DNA of 64,000 nt from NCBI GenBank assembly GCA_049605255.1, contig JBMYUJ010000010.1:2199-66198 (forward strand). The letters are read 5' to 3'. The notes under the pieces are model-generated. The model saw only the letters and a list, made by a program, of their open reading frames with translations, ran no database searches and was not told where the DNA came from. The stretch is from Magnetospiraceae bacterium. GTDB taxonomy: Bacteria; Pseudomonadota; Alphaproteobacteria; Rhodospirillales; JBMYUJ01. The translations under genes were made by a program, and so were the position numbers. Numbering within the stretch: the stretch's first letter is position 1; every line of letters begins with the position of its first letter. Below, piece after piece: positions 36,720 through 46,123 of this stretch.

Positions 36720-37982
36720 ATGAAGGCAAGGGTACTTTCCGTGGGCGCGGCGATCTGGTTGCTTTCCGCCGCGGGCGCCATGGCCACCGAGGCCAAAGGG
36801 GTTATCAAAACATACGCAGATATCGCCGCAGCCATGTATGCGGATTCATTGCAAAGCGCCGAAGCCCTGCACCAGTCCGTCGTGGCCTTTACCGCAGCGC
36901 CAACCGAAGAAAACCTGCAGGCGGCGCGGGCGGCCTGGGTGGCGGCGCGGGTCCCGTACCAACAAACGGAAGGGCTGCGGTTTGGCAACTCCATCGTCGA
37001 TGAGTGGGAAGGCCGGGTAAACGCCTGGCCGTTGGATGAAGGGCTGCTGGATTACGTGGCCCCTGCCTATGGAGATAGTTCCGATGAAAACCCCGCCTAT
37101 ACGGCGAATCTGGTTGCCAATGAAACCTTGCAACTCGGCGGCCAAACCATCGATGCGTCGGTGATCACCAAGGACCTGCTTTCCGGCAGCCTGCATGAGG
37201 TGCTTGGCGTGGAGGCCAATGTGGCAACGGGCTATCACGCGATTGAATTTCTTCTTTGGGGGCAGGATTTAAACGGCACCGGCCCCGGTGCCGGGGCACG
37301 GCCCGCGACCGATTTTGACCCCAAAAATTGCAGTAACGGGCATTGCGAACGGCGGGCGGCCCTCTTGAACGTGTTGACCGGCTTGTTGGTGGATGATCTG
37401 ACGGAAATGGCCGATGCCTGGGCGCCGGGCGGGGCTGCACGCTTGGCACTTTTGGAGAAAACCGAAGCCGAAGGGCTGGTGACGATCCTCACCGGGCTGG
37501 GCAGCCTCTCTTACGGAGAATTGGCCGGGGAGCGAATCAAGCTGGGGCTTTTGCTTCATGATCCCGAAGAGGAACATGATTGTTTCTCCGACAACACCCA
37601 TAATTCCCATTATTACAATCAGGTAGGGATGGTCTCGCTATATACCGGATCCTATCGCCGGATCGACGGGTCGGCGATTCAAGGCCCCTCCATGGCGGAT
37701 TTCGCGGGCGAAAAAGCCCCGGAAGCCCACCAATCTTTGAATGCCTTGATGGTGGACACCCTCGCCCGCATGCAGGTAATGAAGGATACCGCCGATTCTG
37801 GGAAGATGGCTTACGATCAGATGATCGGCGAGGGCAATGATGCGGGCAACAAGATCATCCGCGATGTGGTGGACGGCCTCGTGGCGCAAACCCGAGGAAT
37901 CGAACGGGTTGTTGCCGCCCTCGACCTAGATATTTCCGTGGAGGGGTCGGACAGTTTGGACAACGAAGCCGCGGTTCAATAG
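36720..37982 (+). CDS. Imelysin-family iron-regulated protein (IrpA/IcmP-like)
   Basis: Signal peptide; ARAAW.AARVPYQQTE..RFGN, VNAWPLDEGL.DY, TGYHAIEFLLWGQD, EEEHDCFSDNTH. Confidence 0.92.
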   Translation: MKARVLSVGAAIWLLSAAGAMATEAKGVIKTYADIAAAMYADSLQSAEALHQSVVAFTAAPTEENLQAARAAWVAARVPYQQTEGLRFGNSIVDEWEGRVNAWPLDEGLLDYVAPAYGDSSDENPAYTANLVANETLQLGGQTIDASVITKDLLSGSLHEVLGVEANVATGYHAIEFLLWGQDLNGTGPGAGARPATDFDPKNCSNGHCERRAALLNVLTGLLVDDLTEMADAWAPGGAARLALLEKTEAEGLVTILTGLGSLSYGELAGERIKLGLLLHDPEEEHDCFSDNTHNSHYYNQVGMVSLYTGSYRRIDGSAIQGPSMADFAGEKAPEAHQSLNALMVDTLARMQVMKDTADSGKMAYDQMIGEGNDAGNKIIRDVVDGLVAQTRGIERVVAALDLDISVEGSDSLDNEAAVQ

Positions 37983-37992
37983 GGTTACTCCC

Positions 37993-38043
37993 GAGGGGGC
38001 CGGGCCCCGGGGCGGTGAAACGCCTTCCCGGTCCCTCTTTTTT
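37993..38043 (+). terminator. Intra-operon terminator-like hairpin after the first imelysin gene
   Basis: GAGGGGGCCGGG...CCCGGTCCCTC stem followed by TTTTTT. Confidence 0.6.
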
Positions 38044-38105
38044 GGCGTAAACGTTCTTCGGTTGGGTCATGAAATACGGATGACGCTATCGAGGAGGGTA
38101 AGCTC

Positions 38106-39284
38106 ATGAAAATTTACCCCAGCACCAATTCAATTTCCGGACGTTTTATGGCCTGCCTCCTATGGGCGGGGGTTGTGTTGACGGTGGGTACAGCACCCGC
38201 CGCGGCGGAACCGCTGACCAAAGTGGAACTGGGGGAGATGTTGTTCTTCGATCCCAATCTATCGAACAATCGGACCCAGGCCTGCGCCAGCTGTCATGAT
38301 CCGGAAGCCGGTTTTATTGACCCCCGCGACAATGCTGCCAAGGGCGCGGTATCCTTGGGCGACGATGGAAAATCCTTGGGGGATCGCAACACCCCCACCG
38401 CCAGTTATGCCCGGTTCAGCCCGCCCTTTGGTAAGAACGCAGAGGGTATTTTCCTCGGCGGGTTGTTCCTGGATGGCCGGGCGGCATCTCTTGCCGATCA
38501 GGCGGGCGGGCCACCACTCAACCCAATCGAAATGGCGATGCCGGACAAGGCGACCGTCGTGGCCCGTTTGCAAGAAAATGAGGTGTATGTGGAAGGGATG
38601 CAGGCGCAGTTTGGCGCAGATATTTTCGACGATACCGACAACGCCTACACGGCGATGAGCGAAGCCATCGCCGCCTTCGAAAACACGGCGTTTTTCGCGC
38701 CCTTCGATTCCAAATATGATCGCTATCTGAAGGGGGAATATACATTGTCGCCGACGGAAGAACTGGGCATGACCCTGTTTTTCTCCAACCAGTTCACCAA
38801 CTGTAATCGCTGTCATCAGCTCCGCAGCCTGCCCGAAGCGGCGGCGGAAACCTTTACCAACTACCAATATCACAATATCGGCGTGCCGGAGAATGCGGCG
38901 GCCCGCGCGGTGAACGGCGTTGCGGCGGATTTTGTGGATGATGGCCTGCTGGCCCACCCGGATGTGCAAGACCCCGCCCAGCGCGGCAAGTTCAAGACCC
39001 CCACCTTGCGCAATGTGGCGGTGACCGGGCCTTATATGCATAACGGGGTGTTCCGAGACCTGACCACCGTGGTGCGCTTCTACAACAAATATAATGGCAA
39101 GGCACCGGCAACCCAGATCAACCCGGAAACCGGTCAAACCTGGGCGCCGCCGGAAGTGCCTGAAAACATCTCCACCACCGACCTGGAGGTTGGCGACGCC
39201 TTGGATGATCGGCGCATCAACGCCCTGGTCGCCTTCCTGAAACTGTTGACTGACCAACGTTATGAGCATTTGCTGGCGGAATAG
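38106..39284 (+). CDS. Di-heme cytochrome c peroxidase / MauG family protein
   Basis: LG..LFFDP.LS, CASCH, RNTPT, DGRA..L..QA.GP..NPIEM, CNRCH, FKTPTLRNVAVTGPYMHNG. Confidence 0.92.
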   Translation: MKIYPSTNSISGRFMACLLWAGVVLTVGTAPAAAEPLTKVELGEMLFFDPNLSNNRTQACASCHDPEAGFIDPRDNAAKGAVSLGDDGKSLGDRNTPTASYARFSPPFGKNAEGIFLGGLFLDGRAASLADQAGGPPLNPIEMAMPDKATVVARLQENEVYVEGMQAQFGADIFDDTDNAYTAMSEAIAAFENTAFFAPFDSKYDRYLKGEYTLSPTEELGMTLFFSNQFTNCNRCHQLRSLPEAAAETFTNYQYHNIGVPENAAARAVNGVAADFVDDGLLAHPDVQDPAQRGKFKTPTLRNVAVTGPYMHNGVFRDLTTVVRFYNKYNGKAPATQINPETGQTWAPPEVPENISTTDLEVGDALDDRRINALVAFLKLLTDQRYEHLLAE

Positions 39285-40453
39285 CCTTTTCGGTGTCCTC
39301 GCGGTCTTGTTGACCCCCGGACCGGTGCAGGCAGACGCTTTGGATGTGGCCCTTGGCAAGGCCTTGTTCGACCGCAATTGGACCTCTTCCCCTGCCTCCA
39401 CGGATGCGACCGATGGCCTGGGTCCGCTTTTCAACGCCCGGTCCTGTGCAGCCTGCCATCCCGGCGGCGAGCGGGGTGTTTTTACGGAGGGGGCGCAAGG
39501 CCGGATCGACACTGGCGCCTTAGTTTTGCGGATTGGGGATGTCACGGGTGCGGGGGACCCCACCTATGGCCGGCAATTGCAAACGGATAGCGTGCAAGGA
39601 CTGCGTCCTGAAGGTCAGCTACAACGCCGCCCCGATGGCAGCCTCGTTGCGGTGGCACTGACCCAAGGAAGCCTGGGGGAGGGCGTGAAAGCAGCGGGCC
39701 GCCTGGCGCCCCATTTGCGCGGTTTGGGCCTTCTGGATCAGGTGCCGGAAAGCGTAATCCTTGCCTGGGAGGACCCGGAAGATAAAAACGGCGATGGCAT
39801 CTCGGGCCGCGCCAATCGATTGTCCATGCCCACGGGTGCAGAACGCCTGGGCCGGTACGGTTGGAAGGCGGGCGAACCCAGTTTGACCGGCCAAATCGCC
39901 CAGGCACTGCGGGACGATATCGGCTTGTCAAATCCGCTCCATCCCGAGCATCAAGGTGACTGTACCGACCGGCAGGTAGATTGCCTTGCCGCCCCCCCAT
40001 GGGGCCAGCGCCCGGTTCGACAATTTAGAGGTAAGTGGCGCCATGCTCACCCTCATCGTTGCCTTTGTGGGGGACTTGCCCCCACCCACCCAGACCCGGA
40101 CTCCGGCGAGCCGCGATCTGTTCCAACAGACCGGCTGTGCCGCTTGTCACCGGCCCGAACTCGTAACGGCGAATGGCAAGACCTTTACCCCTTTCACAGA
40201 TCTCCTGCTGCATGACATGGGCCCTGGTTTGGCCGACGGCATTGGTGAAGGCGTGGCGACGGGGCGGGAATGGCGCACGGCGCCGCTTTGGGGGCTTGGC
40301 GCGGCGACGCGCTTTTTGCATGATGGGCGGGCGCGGACCCTCACAGAGGCCATTGAACTGCATGACGGAGAAGGGGCAGGCGCGCGCCATCGGTTTCGGG
40401 CGTTGACCCCGGCAGACCAAGACCGGCTCTTAGAGTTTCTCAAGGCTTTGTAA
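39262..40453 (+). pseudogene. Di-heme oxidoreductase (DHOR) family gene split by a +1 frameshift in a C7 run (or a sequencing error)
   Basis: First frame has DGLGPLFNARSCAACH, GLGLL, DGISGR, GRYGWKA; second frame has GCAACH, FTDLLLHDMG..LAD, EWRTAPLWG, LHDGRAR. Removing one C from 39992-39998 joins them as DCLAAPHGASARF. Confidence 0.85.
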
Positions 40454-40465
40454 GGACAGGCGGCC

Positions 40466-41500
40466 ATGCGGCGAATTGTTTTCGGGTTTTTTTGGGTGTT
40501 TCTGCTGGTGCCCGGCGTTGTGCGGGCGGAGGACCCCGTAGCTCTCGCTCTGCGTGTCGCCGAGGATGCTGTCATTCCCGGCTATGATGCCTTGGCGGCG
40601 GCCACGGCGGAACAGGTAACCGTTTGGCAAACCATGTGCGCGGAAAAACAGGGGGATGGCCTGGCCCGGTTGCGAAGCGCGTATCAGAAGGTCGCCGATG
40701 GCTGGGCGGGCGTGTATTTCTGGCAATTTGGGCCCATCGAAGGGTTTTTACGCAAGGATCGTTTTTACCATTGGCCGGAGCGGCGCAATGCCACCGCCAA
40801 GGGGGTGGGGCAGCTGCTGGCGAACGCCGACCCGGCGGTTCTTGAAGCGGACCGTTTCGCCAAAACTTCTGTCGCCGCGCAAGGCCTGCCCGCGCTGGAA
40901 CGCCTGTTATTTGGCAAAGACTCGGTTCTTAATTCTGATCGTGCCTGCGCGCTGGGCACCGCCATCGCCGTTAATCTTGATCGCATCGCGCAAGGGACGG
41001 CGGCGGATTGGCGCAGCGAAATCCTGCCCGCTCTGAAGGCCAACCAAGGCCATGATTATTACTTCGAGGCCCCCGAGGAAGTGATCAACCGTTTGGTGAC
41101 CGACATCTTGACCGGCTTCACCATCATCAAGGACCAGAAACTTCTCCCCGTCATGGGGCCGAGCCTCGACAAAGCCCGGCCGAAGAAGGCAGAGGCCTGG
41201 CGCAGTGGCCGACCCTTGCGGAACATCCGCGCCAATGTGGCGTCGCTGTTCAAGGCCGCAGCAGTAGTGGGCCGCGACCTGCCCGCGGAGGACCTGGCGC
41301 GTCTGCAGACCCTCCAAGAGGCGGTGTTGGCGGCTCTGACCACAGGTGATGATCTTGCGGCGATGGTGGCCGATCCGGCGCGGCGGGCCGACCTCACCGC
41401 CTTCCTGCAATCCCTGGATGCCTACCGCGCGAGCTTGATCGACAGCCTCACCACCCATCTGGGGATCAGCGTGGGCTTCAACAGTCTGGATGGAGACTGA
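40466..41500 (+). CDS. Second imelysin-family protein
   Basis: Signal peptide; VIPGY, FGPI, F.HWPERR, SVAAQGLPALERLLF, AEAWRS, C-terminal GFNSLDGD. Confidence 0.88.
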   Translation: MRRIVFGFFWVFLLVPGVVRAEDPVALALRVAEDAVIPGYDALAAATAEQVTVWQTMCAEKQGDGLARLRSAYQKVADGWAGVYFWQFGPIEGFLRKDRFYHWPERRNATAKGVGQLLANADPAVLEADRFAKTSVAAQGLPALERLLFGKDSVLNSDRACALGTAIAVNLDRIAQGTAADWRSEILPALKANQGHDYYFEAPEEVINRLVTDILTGFTIIKDQKLLPVMGPSLDKARPKKAEAWRSGRPLRNIRANVASLFKAAAVVGRDLPAEDLARLQTLQEAVLAALTTGDDLAAMVADPARRADLTAFLQSLDAYRASLIDSLTTHLGISVGFNSLDGD

Positions 41501-41504
41501 TCCG

Positions 41505-42593
41505 ATGGACCGACGGCATTTTCTTTCTCTTTCCACCGCCGCGCTGGGCGCAATGTTCATCCCCCCCGCGATGTCGGGGCAGCCGGGCTGGCTCACCGGC
41601 TTTGGTGCGGCAGACGGCGCTTATGGCCTCGCCCGCATCGGCACCGACCTTTCGGTGACCCCCGTACTGCAGTCTCCGCAGCGCCTGCATGATGTGGTTC
41701 TGCATCCTTCGCGAGGGGAGATCTGCGCTCCCTTGCGGCGCCCGGGCAGACGCTTCTATGTGATCGACGCGGGCGGGATCGCCGAAGCGCGGGAAACCCT
41801 GCAAGGGCGGCATTTCCAGGGGCATGGCGCCTACAGCGCCGATGGCACGACCCTTTACCTGCCGGAAAATGATTTTGAGGGCGAACGTGGGATGATCGGC
41901 ATCTACGATGCTCTGGATGGATATGGGCGCCTGGGGGAGGTGCCGTCCGGCGGCATCGGGCCCCACGCCATGTTGCGGCATCCCGATGATGATCATCTGA
42001 TCATCGCCAACGGGGGCCTGTTGACCCATCCGGAGTCGGGCCGGGCGGTGTTGAACCGAGATACCATGACCCCCAATCTATCGCTGATGGCGCGCGATCG
42101 TGGCACGATCGTCGATCAACTTGTCCTAGCATCGGAATACCATTTGCTGTCCTTGCGGCATATGGCGGTGATGCCCGATGGCGCGGTGATCGTCGGCGCC
42201 CAGGATCAAGATAGCCGCCGCCGGGATATGCCGTTGCTGATCCGTTGGGTGCCGGGCCGCGAATTTACGTTCTTCGAGGCCCCACCGGACGGCTGGGGGG
42301 TGTTCAAGGCCTATATGGGCAGTGTCTCTGGGGATACGGGCGGGCGGATCGTTGCGGCCACCTCACCGAAAGGCGGAGTTGCCGGGTTTTGGCAGGCAAA
42401 CAGCGGCCGATTCATCGGGCTGGTCAAGGCCCGGGATATCTGCGGCGCCGCCGCGACCGGTACGCCCGGGGAGTTCCTGCTCACCACCGGCACCGGCGCC
42501 CTGCATATTGTTACGGCATCCGATACCGGCGTGAAGATAGGCCGCACCGTCATCTCAAACACCCGGTTCGACAATCATTGCGAGCGGGTTTGA
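41505..42593 (+). CDS. DUF1513 family beta-propeller protein with Tat signal
   Basis: MDRRHFL Tat motif, RRPG, HFQGHG, ENDFE...G.IG.YD, GIGPH, ANGG..THP..GR, SLRH, FDNH. Confidence 0.88.
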   Translation: MDRRHFLSLSTAALGAMFIPPAMSGQPGWLTGFGAADGAYGLARIGTDLSVTPVLQSPQRLHDVVLHPSRGEICAPLRRPGRRFYVIDAGGIAEARETLQGRHFQGHGAYSADGTTLYLPENDFEGERGMIGIYDALDGYGRLGEVPSGGIGPHAMLRHPDDDHLIIANGGLLTHPESGRAVLNRDTMTPNLSLMARDRGTIVDQLVLASEYHLLSLRHMAVMPDGAVIVGAQDQDSRRRDMPLLIRWVPGREFTFFEAPPDGWGVFKAYMGSVSGDTGGRIVAATSPKGGVAGFWQANSGRFIGLVKARDICGAAATGTPGEFLLTTGTGALHIVTASDTGVKIGRTVISNTRFDNHCERV

Positions 42594-42622
42594 GATGCCG
42601 ACCAAATGATATTGGCTTTGGG

Positions 42623-42709
42623 TGGTGCGGACGGAGGGACTCGAACCCTCACTTCCATACGGAAAACGGATTTTAAGTCCGTTGCGTCTACCGATTCCGC
42701 CACGTCCGC
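42623..42709 (-). tRNA. tRNA-Leu (anticodon TAA)
   Basis: Reverse complement GCGGACGTGGCGGAATCGGTAGACGCAACGGACTTAAAATCCGTTTTCCGTATGGAAGTGAGGGTTCGAGTCCCTCCGTCCGCACCA: D-loop, long variable arm, GTTCGA T-loop, encoded CCA. Confidence 0.97.
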
Positions 42710-42837
42710 GCCTTGGGAGAAACCACCGGGACTCTTAGACCAGGATGCGGGCCGAAGAAACAAAAATCCGGCCTGGCACCCGGGGCAAGCTATCGCCGCC
42801 GAGCCGGTGTACCAACGTGAAGCCGTCTGCCCGGGAA

Positions 42838-43473
42838 TCAGACCGGCACGAAGCGGTCGCTGGCCGGGTCAAAACGCTCCAACGATCCCGCCTTCAAATC
42901 AATATGCCAGCCATGCAGACGCATGCGCCCGGCTTCCACGCCTTCGCGGATCTCCGGGAAGGTCATGAGGTTATCCAGCGAAATCAGCACCGCACGCCGC
43001 TCGCAGGCGGACATTTTCTCCCCTTCTGAGGCGTCGGGCATGGACCATTGCACCCGCTCGTAGGCGGGGCGCACCAGGCTCATCCAGGGAAAGATGAAAT
43101 GGTTCCCCGGCTCGTCTTCCGTCTGCTTGTTGAACAGGGCCTTGATGCCGCCGCATTGGGCATGGCCCAGCACGATGATATGTTCGACCTGCAAATGATG
43201 GGTGGCAAATTCCAGTGCCGCGCTGGTGCCCTGATAGCGGCGGCGCGGGTCATAAGGCGGTACCAGATTTGCCACGTTGCGGATCAGGAATAATTCTCCC
43301 GGGTCGGCTTGCAGCACGATCCCCGGATCGACCCGGGAATCAGCGCAGGCGATCATCGCCACGCTCGGTTTCTGCCCATGTTCGAACAGATTGGCATAGG
43401 TCTCTTGGCGCTCCTGATAATATCCGGAGCGAAAGGTTTTGAATCCATCGGTCAATTTTTCAATGGGATACAT
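42838..43473 (-). CDS. Beta-class carbonic anhydrase
   Basis: GQ.P, CADSRVDP, RNVANLVPP, SAALEFA, GHAQCGG. Confidence 0.95.
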   Translation of the reverse strand: MYPIEKLTDGFKTFRSGYYQERQETYANLFEHGQKPSVAMIACADSRVDPGIVLQADPGELFLIRNVANLVPPYDPRRRYQGTSAALEFATHHLQVEHIIVLGHAQCGGIKALFNKQTEDEPGNHFIFPWMSLVRPAYERVQWSMPDASEGEKMSACERRAVLISLDNLMTFPEIREGVEAGRMRLHGWHIDLKAGSLERFDPASDRFVPV

Positions 43474-43505
43474 CGTCAATCCATCGTTGTTCAGGCGAAC
43501 GGTGC

Positions 43506-44189
43506 TCAGGCAGGCTTGCGAAGCACGGTAGCATGCATGGGCTGCTGAAAATAGATGCCGTCGGCACGGGCCTCGCCCAACTCGTCGAACCGGGCGCGCA
43601 GCGTGGGCTCCAGCTCCTCCACCAGGGCTTTTCGGTCGGGATTGATGGCGGTCATGACGGTCTTAAGGGCGTCGAAGCTGGCATGCTTGGCTTCATGCAT
43701 GTAGTAGAAATCCGCTTCCGGCATGTAGCCCATCCAAGTTGCCGCGCTGAGCACCCCTTGGGCGAAAGACCGCACCACGGTTTCGTCATCCACTAGGCGC
43801 GTGACATGGAAAAAAGGCCCGTCGGCCACCGGCTCAGCCACGTAAAGCGTGCCGCCGGGGCGCAAGACCCGATACGCCTCCGCCAGGGCCGGGGCTTCCA
43901 GGGGCAGGGGGACATGATGCAGGCTGTTGAAAAAAATCACGATATCCAGGCTGTCGTCGTCAAAAGGCAGGTCTTCACCGCCCGCAGACACATAAGTTTC
44001 AGTGCCGACCAGGGCATGGGCCTGGGCGCGCTCCATCTGTACCGGGTTCGGATCCACGCCGATGACCTCGGCGCCTTCGCGGGTCATCATCCGCACCAGG
44101 GTGCCGTCGCCACAGCCGATATCCGCGACTTTCTTGCCGTTCAGGGAAAGCGTCTCGCGGATCACATCCGCGTTCATTCGTTGCTCCAT
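43506..44189 (-). CDS. Class I SAM-dependent methyltransferase
   Basis: VADIGCGDG, GVDP, EDLPF.D.S.D, SLHHV, RVLRPGG. Confidence 0.92.
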   Translation of the reverse strand: MEQRMNADVIRETLSLNGKKVADIGCGDGTLVRMMTREGAEVIGVDPNPVQMERAQAHALVGTETYVSAGGEDLPFDDDSLDIVIFFNSLHHVPLPLEAPALAEAYRVLRPGGTLYVAEPVADGPFFHVTRLVDDETVVRSFAQGVLSAATWMGYMPEADFYYMHEAKHASFDALKTVMTAINPDRKALVEELEPTLRARFDELGEARADGIYFQQPMHATVLRKPA

Positions 44190-44209
44190 GAATATCCTCT
44201 TCGTTGACC

Positions 44210-44295
44210 CTAGAGCGCGATCAACATAATCATGACTCCTTAGATGAAGCAGATTATGTTGTGAATGACCCCCTAAGATAATGTTTAGAGCCGGG
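44210..44295. repeat. Palindromic intergenic repeat, truncated copy
   Basis: CTAGAGCGCGATCAACATAATC...GATTATGTTGTGAATGACCCCCTAAGATAATGTTTAGAGCCGG aligns to 62691-62775. Confidence 0.75.
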
Positions 44296-44919
44296 ACTCG
44301 TTATACCCCGATGCCGGTTCCCTCACCAGAGGAAGAAAGCCCCTTGGTCTCACTCCGTCGGATCGTGCTTTTTGCCGCCCTCCTGGCATGGCTCCCCGCC
44401 TGCTCGGAGGAGGCCACTCCTACGCCCCGGGGAGGAGACACTTTGGCGCCGATCCAGGCCGCGATTCCCGGTTTTACGGCTTTCACTGAACCGACCCTGG
44501 CGCCAAAAGCGGCTTTTTACGATGAGGCCGGGGGCGCGGTGCATTTAACGCAGTACCGGGGAAAAGTGGTGGTGTTGAACCTGTGGGCCACCTGGTGTCC
44601 CCCCTGCATTCGAGAAATGCCCGCGCTGCATCGCCTGCAAATGGCCGAGGGTGGTGCCGATTTTCAGGTGATCGCCATCGCCAGCGGGGTTCAGGGCCGG
44701 GTTTCGGCCAGCGATTTCCTGCGGGCGGAAAAGCTCCCCGGCTTGCGGGCTTTTACGGATCCCGACTCAGGTTTTCTGCGGGAAATGGGCTTGGATACAT
44801 TGCCAACGTCTCTGCTGATCGACCGCAGCGGCTATGTGGTCGGCGGCGTCACAGGCGCGGCGGAATGGGACCATGAAGGGGTCCGAAAAACCATTCGGGC
44901 CCTGGCGGCCAAGCCGTGA
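44281..44919 (+). CDS. TlpA-family thiol-disulfide oxidoreductase (true start probably downstream, e.g. TTG near 44344)
   Basis: Lipoprotein-like signal (LPAC), GKVVVLNLWATWCPPCIREMP, LPTS.LID, G.AEWD. Confidence 0.88.
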   Translation: MFRAGTRYTPMPVPSPEEESPLVSLRRIVLFAALLAWLPACSEEATPTPRGGDTLAPIQAAIPGFTAFTEPTLAPKAAFYDEAGGAVHLTQYRGKVVVLNLWATWCPPCIREMPALHRLQMAEGGADFQVIAIASGVQGRVSASDFLRAEKLPGLRAFTDPDSGFLREMGLDTLPTSLLIDRSGYVVGGVTGAAEWDHEGVRKTIRALAAKP

Positions 44920-44930
44920 TCTACCCTTGC

Positions 44931-45875
44931 TCAATCATCCAACAGATGCGCTAAACCGACCAGGGCCGGATAGGGATGGGTGACGACATAGGTGGGAATC
45001 GGCTTCAGATAGTCTGAAAACCGGCCTTTTGCCTCAAATTGTTGGCGGAAGGGCGAGGCGGCAAAGGCCGATCCCAGGCGCGGCACGATCCCGCCTGCGA
45101 TGTAAATGCCGCCCTTGGCCCCCAGGCTGAGCGCCAGGTTGCCGGCCACATTTCCCAAGAAACCGCAGAATAGTGCCACCGTCTCGGTGGCGAGGGAGTC
45201 CTCGCCCGCGGCTGCGGTAATTTCGGCGGCTGTCTGATATTTTGGTGCCGAGGTGGAAAGGGCGGCGAGGGCGCCATACAGATTTTCCAGGCCCTGGCCA
45301 GAAAGGGCGCGCTCTGCTGATACATGCCCGAATTCACCGCGAAGATGGGCCAAAATTTCCGCTTCCCTGTCGGTGGTGGCGGCAAGGGTCACATGCCCCC
45401 CTTCACCGGAGAAGGGCAACCAATGGCCTTCTGGCGTGGGGACAAGGCTGGAAACCCCCAGGCCCGTTCCCGCCCCGAGGATGCCAATAGGGCGCTTCGG
45501 GTCTCGTGTCCCGCCGCCAATTTTCTCCCGATCGGCGTCACCAAGGTGTGGGATAGCGCGGGCGATGGCATTAAAATCATTGATGACAGTGAAAGGGTTC
45601 AGCCCGAGCGCGTGGCCTGTTTCCGCGATGGAGAAGGCCCAGGCGTGGTTGGTCAGGGTAACCCGATCGCCGGAGATCGGACTGGCGACGCAAAAAGCGC
45701 CATGCGTCGGGGGCTGGGCTGGCGCGGCGACCGCCAAAAATCGCTGTGCCGCTGCTGTCAGGCTCGGATAGTCGGCACACTTAAACGCGGTAACCGGGCC
45801 GATGTCTCCGGTTTCGGCAACCAGGGCGAACCGGGCGTTGGTGCCGCCGATATCGGCGATCAAGCTGCTGGGCAT
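44931..45875 (-). CDS. glk: Glucokinase
   Basis: ADIGGTNARFAL, LTN..W, INDF.A, GAGTGLG, EGGH, SAERALSGQGL, GGIVPR, F.AKGRF. Confidence 0.95.
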   Translation of the reverse strand: MPSSLIADIGGTNARFALVAETGDIGPVTAFKCADYPSLTAAAQRFLAVAAPAQPPTHGAFCVASPISGDRVTLTNHAWAFSIAETGHALGLNPFTVINDFNAIARAIPHLGDADREKIGGGTRDPKRPIGILGAGTGLGVSSLVPTPEGHWLPFSGEGGHVTLAATTDREAEILAHLRGEFGHVSAERALSGQGLENLYGALAALSTSAPKYQTAAEITAAAGEDSLATETVALFCGFLGNVAGNLALSLGAKGGIYIAGGIVPRLGSAFAASPFRQQFEAKGRFSDYLKPIPTYVVTHPYPALVGLAHLLDD

Positions 45876-46123
45876 GGGGCCGTTCCTCTCTTCGTGCGAT
45901 ACTGCGTGGTTCCGAAAAGAAAGGCAATAAGCACAACCCGACGGCGCTATTGACCGTATTTCTTATGCGCTTCGCTTCATTTGAGACCAATTCGACGGCG
46001 TCACAAAAATGTAAATTGATTGGCTGGTGCGAGGCCGGGATCATGGCATATGCTCGGAGAAAAGCGCCATAGTTTCGGAAATATCGTCGGTTTTTCGCGG
46101 CTCGAAACAGACCGGGGGGCCTG

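Noticed and set aside
42594..42709. tRNA-Leu as integration site of a genomic island containing the iron/hyp/ADH genes
   Set aside because: No integrase and no duplicated tRNA 3' end (att) visible in the window
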